A stretch of DNA of 60,075 nt from a virus (Duplodnaviria > Caudoviricetes). Positions 56,145 to 60,075 of this stretch are shown one piece after another. The stretch is taken from positions 1-60,075 of the IMG/VR virus record IMGVR_UViG_3300025133_000112; one strand, written 5' to 3'. A program made the translations under genes and the position numbers. The first letter of the stretch is position 1, and each line of letters opens with the position of its first letter. The notes below the pieces were generated by a model. The model had not been told where the DNA came from. It ran no database searches and was given only the letters and a program-made list of their open reading frames with translations.

Positions 56145-56609
56145 ATGCCACAAGAATATGCTTATGAAAATTCGTTTAAAGTTGAGATATTATCAGAAAA
56201 ATATAAATATCTTAATAATTCCATAGTTGATACTTCAATTCCTGGATTAACTATTGGTACATCTGAATACCCAACTGCAAAAAGACCATTAACAGTGCCA
56301 GGTACAGGTACAATTATTGATCAATTAGCATTAACATTTATTTTAGATGAAAGTTATACTAATTGGAGACTTGTTTATTCTTGGTTAAATTCATTATCTA
56401 GTTTTTCAGAAACAGATGATAATCCTGATGATATAAGTGATATTGGAATTCATATATTAAACAATAAATTAAATCATGAATTTGTTATTCAACTTCAAGA
56501 TTGTTTTCCAATATCATTATCTGAAATTCCTTTAAATAGCCAAATAAATTCAGCAACTTCTATTAAATTTGATGTGACATTTGTCATAAATGGTATTATA
56601 ATAGATTAA
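56145..56609 (+). CDS. gp3: Tail tube terminator
   Basis: IPGLTIG, PG, L..FILDE...NW..VY.W, I.ILNN, FP.SLS. Confidence 0.85.
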   Translation: MPQEYAYENSFKVEILSEKYKYLNNSIVDTSIPGLTIGTSEYPTAKRPLTVPGTGTIIDQLALTFILDESYTNWRLVYSWLNSLSSFSETDDNPDDISDIGIHILNNKLNHEFVIQLQDCFPISLSEIPLNSQINSATSIKFDVTFVINGIIID

Positions 56610-56633
56610 TAAATAAAATTGCTGGAGAATGAA

Positions 56634-57033
56634 ATGGACTTTAATGAATTAACAGAAATGGTTAAATCTGATTTTGAGTTAAATGAACAACATTTACAAA
56701 CAAAAATCAGAGAAATACCAAATTTGCATAATAAATATTTTAAGATATTTTTTTAAAGAAAAAACAAAATTAATAACATTAGAAAATAGTCTTAATTTGT
56801 TATTTAGAGAAAAATGGTATTATTATATGAATGATTTCGACTATAAGGTCGAAAAGAAACATTTAACTTGGCATGTAGAATCAGATCCAGATTATAGTAA
56901 ATTATTAGTTCAATTTAATAAACAGAAGCATTTAGTTGATTTTTTCGAACAAACACTTAAGAAGTGTAATACTCTTAGTTTTGATATTAAAAATTTAATA
57001 GATTATAAAAAATTCATGGTAGGCGAAAATTAG
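56634..57033 (+). CDS. uvsY: Recombination mediator, frameshifted at a T7 run (56748-56754)
   Basis: N-part MDFNELTEMVKSDFEL...IPNLHNKYF (56634-56756) and C-part EKWYYY...SFDIKNLIDYKKF..G lie in different frames; position between gp3 and uvsW. Confidence 0.8.
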
Positions 57034-58502
57034 TGGTTAAAGTACATTATCATAATGAGTCATTTGTTTTTTTAGAATGTGATTTAGATCAAGCTGTAGA
57101 TATAAATAATCGATTTGCATTTTTTGCAGATAATTATTTCTATTCACCAAAATATAAATCGGGCATCTGGGATGGGAAAATAAAGCTTTTTAGAATTAAA
57201 ACAGGTCTCTTTCCAATTGGATTATTATCTGATCTTTTCAAATATTTTAAATTACATTCTATAAAATACCAAATTGTTGATAAGAATATAGTTTCTAAAG
57301 CTAGAAAATATTCTAAGAAAAAAATATGTGATTTTAACTCAAAGGTAATGAAAAATGAACTCACACCTAGAGATTATCAATTACAATCAGTTCAATTATC
57401 TCTTTATCATAAAAAAAGAGTAATATTATCTCCAACAGCATCAGGTAAATCATTTATTATATTTTTACTATTTAATATGCTAAAATATTTAAATGATGAT
57501 TTTAATTTTCTATTATTGGTTCCTACAACTTCTTTAGTTGAACAAATGGCATCTGATTTTCAAGAATATGCTGAAAATTTATGTGACTTTGATGAATATA
57601 CACATAAGATTTATTCAGGTAAGGATAAAAATACAACAAAGCCAATCACAATATCAACTTGGCAAAGTATGCAGAATATGCCTACAAAATATTTTGAGAA
57701 ATTTGATGCTGTTGTTTGTGATGAGGTTCATACAGCAAAGGGCGCAGAATTAGCAAATATTATTCAAAATTGTGTAAATGCTGAATATAAAATAGGATTA
57801 TCTGGAACATTACAGGATTCAAGTATAGATAAATTACAATTAAAATCTTTATTTGGTCAAATCAATAGAGTTACTGATTCAAAGACTTTAATGAAAAGAG
57901 GTCTTTTATCTAAACTTAGAATAAAAGGAATAATTTTAAATCATAATAATGCAGATAGAAATCTTTGTAAAAAGATGGTTTGGCAAGATGAAGTTGCATT
58001 TATAAATAGTAAAAAAGATAAAATAAGACTATTATCAAAATTAATCGAAAAAGAAGATAATAGTCTTATTTTATTCAAAACAATAGAATATGGAAAAACT
58101 TTATATGAATGTCTAAAAAAGAAATATCCTAATAAACAATTTTTTTATGTTGATGGCTCAGTATCAACAGATTATAGAGAAAATATTAGAAAAGTTTCAG
58201 AAGTTAATGATAATGTAGTTATTGTTGCATCTTATGGTACATTCAGTACTGGAATTAATATTAAAAATCTACATAAGATTATGTTTGCTGAGTCAATGAA
58301 AAGTTCTATAAAAATAATCCAATCTATTGGTAGAGTATTAAGATTACATAAAAATAAGAAATTTGCTACTCTTTATGATATCTGTGATAATTTATCTTGG
58401 AAAAAACGATATAATTATACTTTAAATCATTTCCTACATCGTATTGAAATATATGAAAAGGAAGGATTTAATTATAGCATAAAAGAAATTGATTTAAAGT
58501 AA
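57033..58502 (+). CDS. uvsW: SF2 RNA-DNA/DNA helicase
   Basis: WDGKIKLF, PRDYQ, SPTASGKS, VPTTSLVEQM..DF, DEVH, ASYGTFSTGINIKNLH, QSIGRVLR. Confidence 0.97.
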   Translation: MVKVHYHNESFVFLECDLDQAVDINNRFAFFADNYFYSPKYKSGIWDGKIKLFRIKTGLFPIGLLSDLFKYFKLHSIKYQIVDKNIVSKARKYSKKKICDFNSKVMKNELTPRDYQLQSVQLSLYHKKRVILSPTASGKSFIIFLLFNMLKYLNDDFNFLLLVPTTSLVEQMASDFQEYAENLCDFDEYTHKIYSGKDKNTTKPITISTWQSMQNMPTKYFEKFDAVVCDEVHTAKGAELANIIQNCVNAEYKIGLSGTLQDSSIDKLQLKSLFGQINRVTDSKTLMKRGLLSKLRIKGIILNHNNADRNLCKKMVWQDEVAFINSKKDKIRLLSKLIEKEDNSLILFKTIEYGKTLYECLKKKYPNKQFFYVDGSVSTDYRENIRKVSEVNDNVVIVASYGTFSTGINIKNLHKIMFAESMKSSIKIIQSIGRVLRLHKNKKFATLYDICDNLSWKKRYNYTLNHFLHRIEIYEKEGFNYSIKEIDLK

Positions 58503-58524
58503 ATAATTATAATAAGATTATAAT

Positions 58525-58890
58525 ATGACAGATGAAGCAATAAAAAAGATATTATTTAATAATATCAATAAGATAGATGATATTTTTAGTTTTATTAAAA
58601 AATTTAATGGAATTATTTTATATAATGACCATAAAATAATATTTAGAGCTAGTAGATATTATCTATTAATCAAAAAGTATAATAATCATTATTACTTAGA
58701 AAAAGGTAAAATTCAAATTAATTCAAAGGAAAAAATAGATGAAACTCATTTAGCTATATCAAAAGAAGTACTAAAAATGGCTAATGATCAATTAAATCAT
58801 ATATTTAGAAAAATTATTAGTAACAATAAAGTTATATTAGATGATATAACTAAATATTATATGATTCAAATAAATAATAAAAAGAGGTAA
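58525..58890 (+). CDS. Hypothetical protein
   Basis: Late-promoter variant AAAGTAAATAATTATAAT just upstream. Confidence 0.5.
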   Translation: MTDEAIKKILFNNINKIDDIFSFIKKFNGIILYNDHKIIFRASRYYLLIKKYNNHYYLEKGKIQINSKEKIDETHLAISKEVLKMANDQLNHIFRKIISNNKVILDDITKYYMIQINNKKR

Positions 58891-58891
58891 T

Positions 58892-59335
58892 ATGAGCAGA
58901 AAGAAGCCTCAATATAGTCAAGGCTTATATAAACCAATAAATCCACATAAATATAATGGTAATGCAAATAATATCATATATAGAAGTGGATTAGAATTAA
59001 AGTATTTTAGATATGTTGATTTAAATTCAAGTATATTAAAATGGGGTTCAGAAACAGTAATTGTACCATATATTTCAATTGATGGTAGACCTCATAGATA
59101 TTTTCTTGATTTATGGCTTAAAACAAAATGCAAAAATGGAGCAATAAAAGAATATATATGTGAAATTAAGCCTAAATGTTTTGTTGAACAACCAAAACCT
59201 CAAAAAAGAAAAACAAAGAAATGGATGGGAAAATATAGAACTTGGTTAGTAAATCAAGCTAAATGGGATGCAGCAACAAAATTTGCTATACAAAAAGGTT
59301 GGGAGTTTAAAATCTTGACTGATCATGATATATAA
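58892..59335 (+). CDS. gp4: Head completion nuclease (TnsA-like)
   Basis: G.YKP.NP.KY.G....IIYRS..E, W.SE...VPY, HRYF.D, EIKP, VNQAKW.AA. Confidence 0.93.
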   Translation: MSRKKPQYSQGLYKPINPHKYNGNANNIIYRSGLELKYFRYVDLNSSILKWGSETVIVPYISIDGRPHRYFLDLWLKTKCKNGAIKEYICEIKPKCFVEQPKPQKRKTKKWMGKYRTWLVNQAKWDAATKFAIQKGWEFKILTDHDI

Positions 59336-59344
59336 AGGTATAAA

Positions 59345-59560
59345 ATGAAATCTTTTAAAGAGTATTTAATAGAATTTTTTAATGAAGGTAATCAAATTCC
59401 TCTTTTGAGAAGAAAAGGAATTAATGGATCAAAAGTATTTTGCCCTAAATGTGGTAAAACATTTGTGTATTATAAACAAAAAACTCAATGTAGGCATTGT
59501 AAATCAAATATTGTTTCTACTATGCAAACTAACGATAAATTAGATAATGAATTAAATTAG
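59345..59560 (+). CDS. Zinc-ribbon protein with capsid-targeting-like leader
   Basis: MKSFKEYLIE; CPKCG...CRHC. Confidence 0.6.
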   Translation: MKSFKEYLIEFFNEGNQIPLLRRKGINGSKVFCPKCGKTFVYYKQKTQCRHCKSNIVSTMQTNDKLDNELN

Positions 59561-59573
59561 GAGATAATATAAG

Positions 59574-59966
59574 ATGACAACAACACCAATAGCACAAATT
59601 TTACTAAGTGATGGTACTTTAGTAGATGCAATAGATATTGATACAGCAGGTTCACAGATTACAATAACCTATCTTGAATTGATCCTTACTGTTACAGCAA
59701 GCACAAATTTTTCAGTAGGTACATCTATAACAGGTGATAGCGATAATGGAAATGATGGTGTAGGTGAGGTAATGGCTAAAGATGGTAATGATTTGACAGT
59801 AAGGCTCATTTCAGGAACATTTGTTTCTGGTAATGGGGTTGATAATGTTAGTCCTTATAGTGCAGATGATACCACAATAACGGCTGTAGCTCAAAATGTT
59901 AAGGTTTATAGGACTAGTTTTAATATAAATGAAATCATAGGGACATATTACAATACTGGCGAATAA
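59574..59966 (+). CDS. Small protein built around the module shared with gp23, gp18 and gp53
   Basis: FSVGTSITGDSDNGNDGVG...SGTFV..NGVDN..PY.ADDTTI. Confidence 0.8.
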   Translation: MTTTPIAQILLSDGTLVDAIDIDTAGSQITITYLELILTVTASTNFSVGTSITGDSDNGNDGVGEVMAKDGNDLTVRLISGTFVSGNGVDNVSPYSADDTTITAVAQNVKVYRTSFNINEIIGTYYNTGE

Positions 59967-60032
59967 TGCTTGACAAACCAGTTTTTATCAAATACCATAG
60001 CAGATATATAATAATATAAAGGAGATATAAAC

Positions 60033-60075
60033 ATGAAATCATTTACATCTATAATTGAGGAAGGAAAGGATATTA
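60033..60075 (+). CDS. Partial ORF, capsid-targeting-like start
   Basis: RBS AAGGAGATATA; MKSFTSIIEEGKDI runs off the window. Confidence 0.55.
   Translation, partial: MKSFTSIIEEGKDI

Noticed and set aside
6337-57753. Antisense or nested ORFs in the track (e.g. 6337, 7074, 8255, 9484, 17945, 28777, 29281, 37708, 53234, 57140, 57538)
   Set aside because: Shadow frames of well-supported genes, with no RBS or recognisable motifs
1-60075. Stop-codon reassignment
   Set aside because: Core genes are full length in code 11 and end at TAA, TAG and TGA; no suppressor tRNA is seen

Overview
An AT-rich 60 kb segment of a large T4-like myophage genome, read in standard code 11. From the left it holds a tRNA cluster with small accessory genes, a GIY-YIG homing endonuclease and gp32. 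A long minus-strand virion block follows (gp16, 15, tape measure, 26, 54, 19, 18, 14, 13, lysis cassette, tail fibre, 6, 25, 5, 27, 53, 48, 23, 22, 21, 20). Next come replication and recombination genes (gp41, a split gp43 C-terminal half, RuvC-like, 46, 47) and a plus-strand block (55, 3, uvsY, uvsW, 4). All gene names come from motif recognition and gene order, not from database searches. The most striking observations are: (1) one ~70-aa module with a GDSDNGNDG signature occurs in the major capsid protein, tail sheath, gp53 and a stand-alone gene; (2) an ADP-ribosyltransferase-like and a GNAT-like gene share an identical capsid-targeting leader and sit in tandem between gp15 and gp16, separated by a gp16/gp15 chimeric scar; (3) a T TTT TTA -1 frameshift site would give a G/GT-type chaperone before the tape measure gene; (4) there are unexplained structured RNAs and odd tRNAs in the tRNA cluster; (5) an invariant 18-bp late promoter occurs ten times; (6) an inverted early-gene island splits gp18 from gp19. 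A few apparent single-base frameshifts may be assembly errors.
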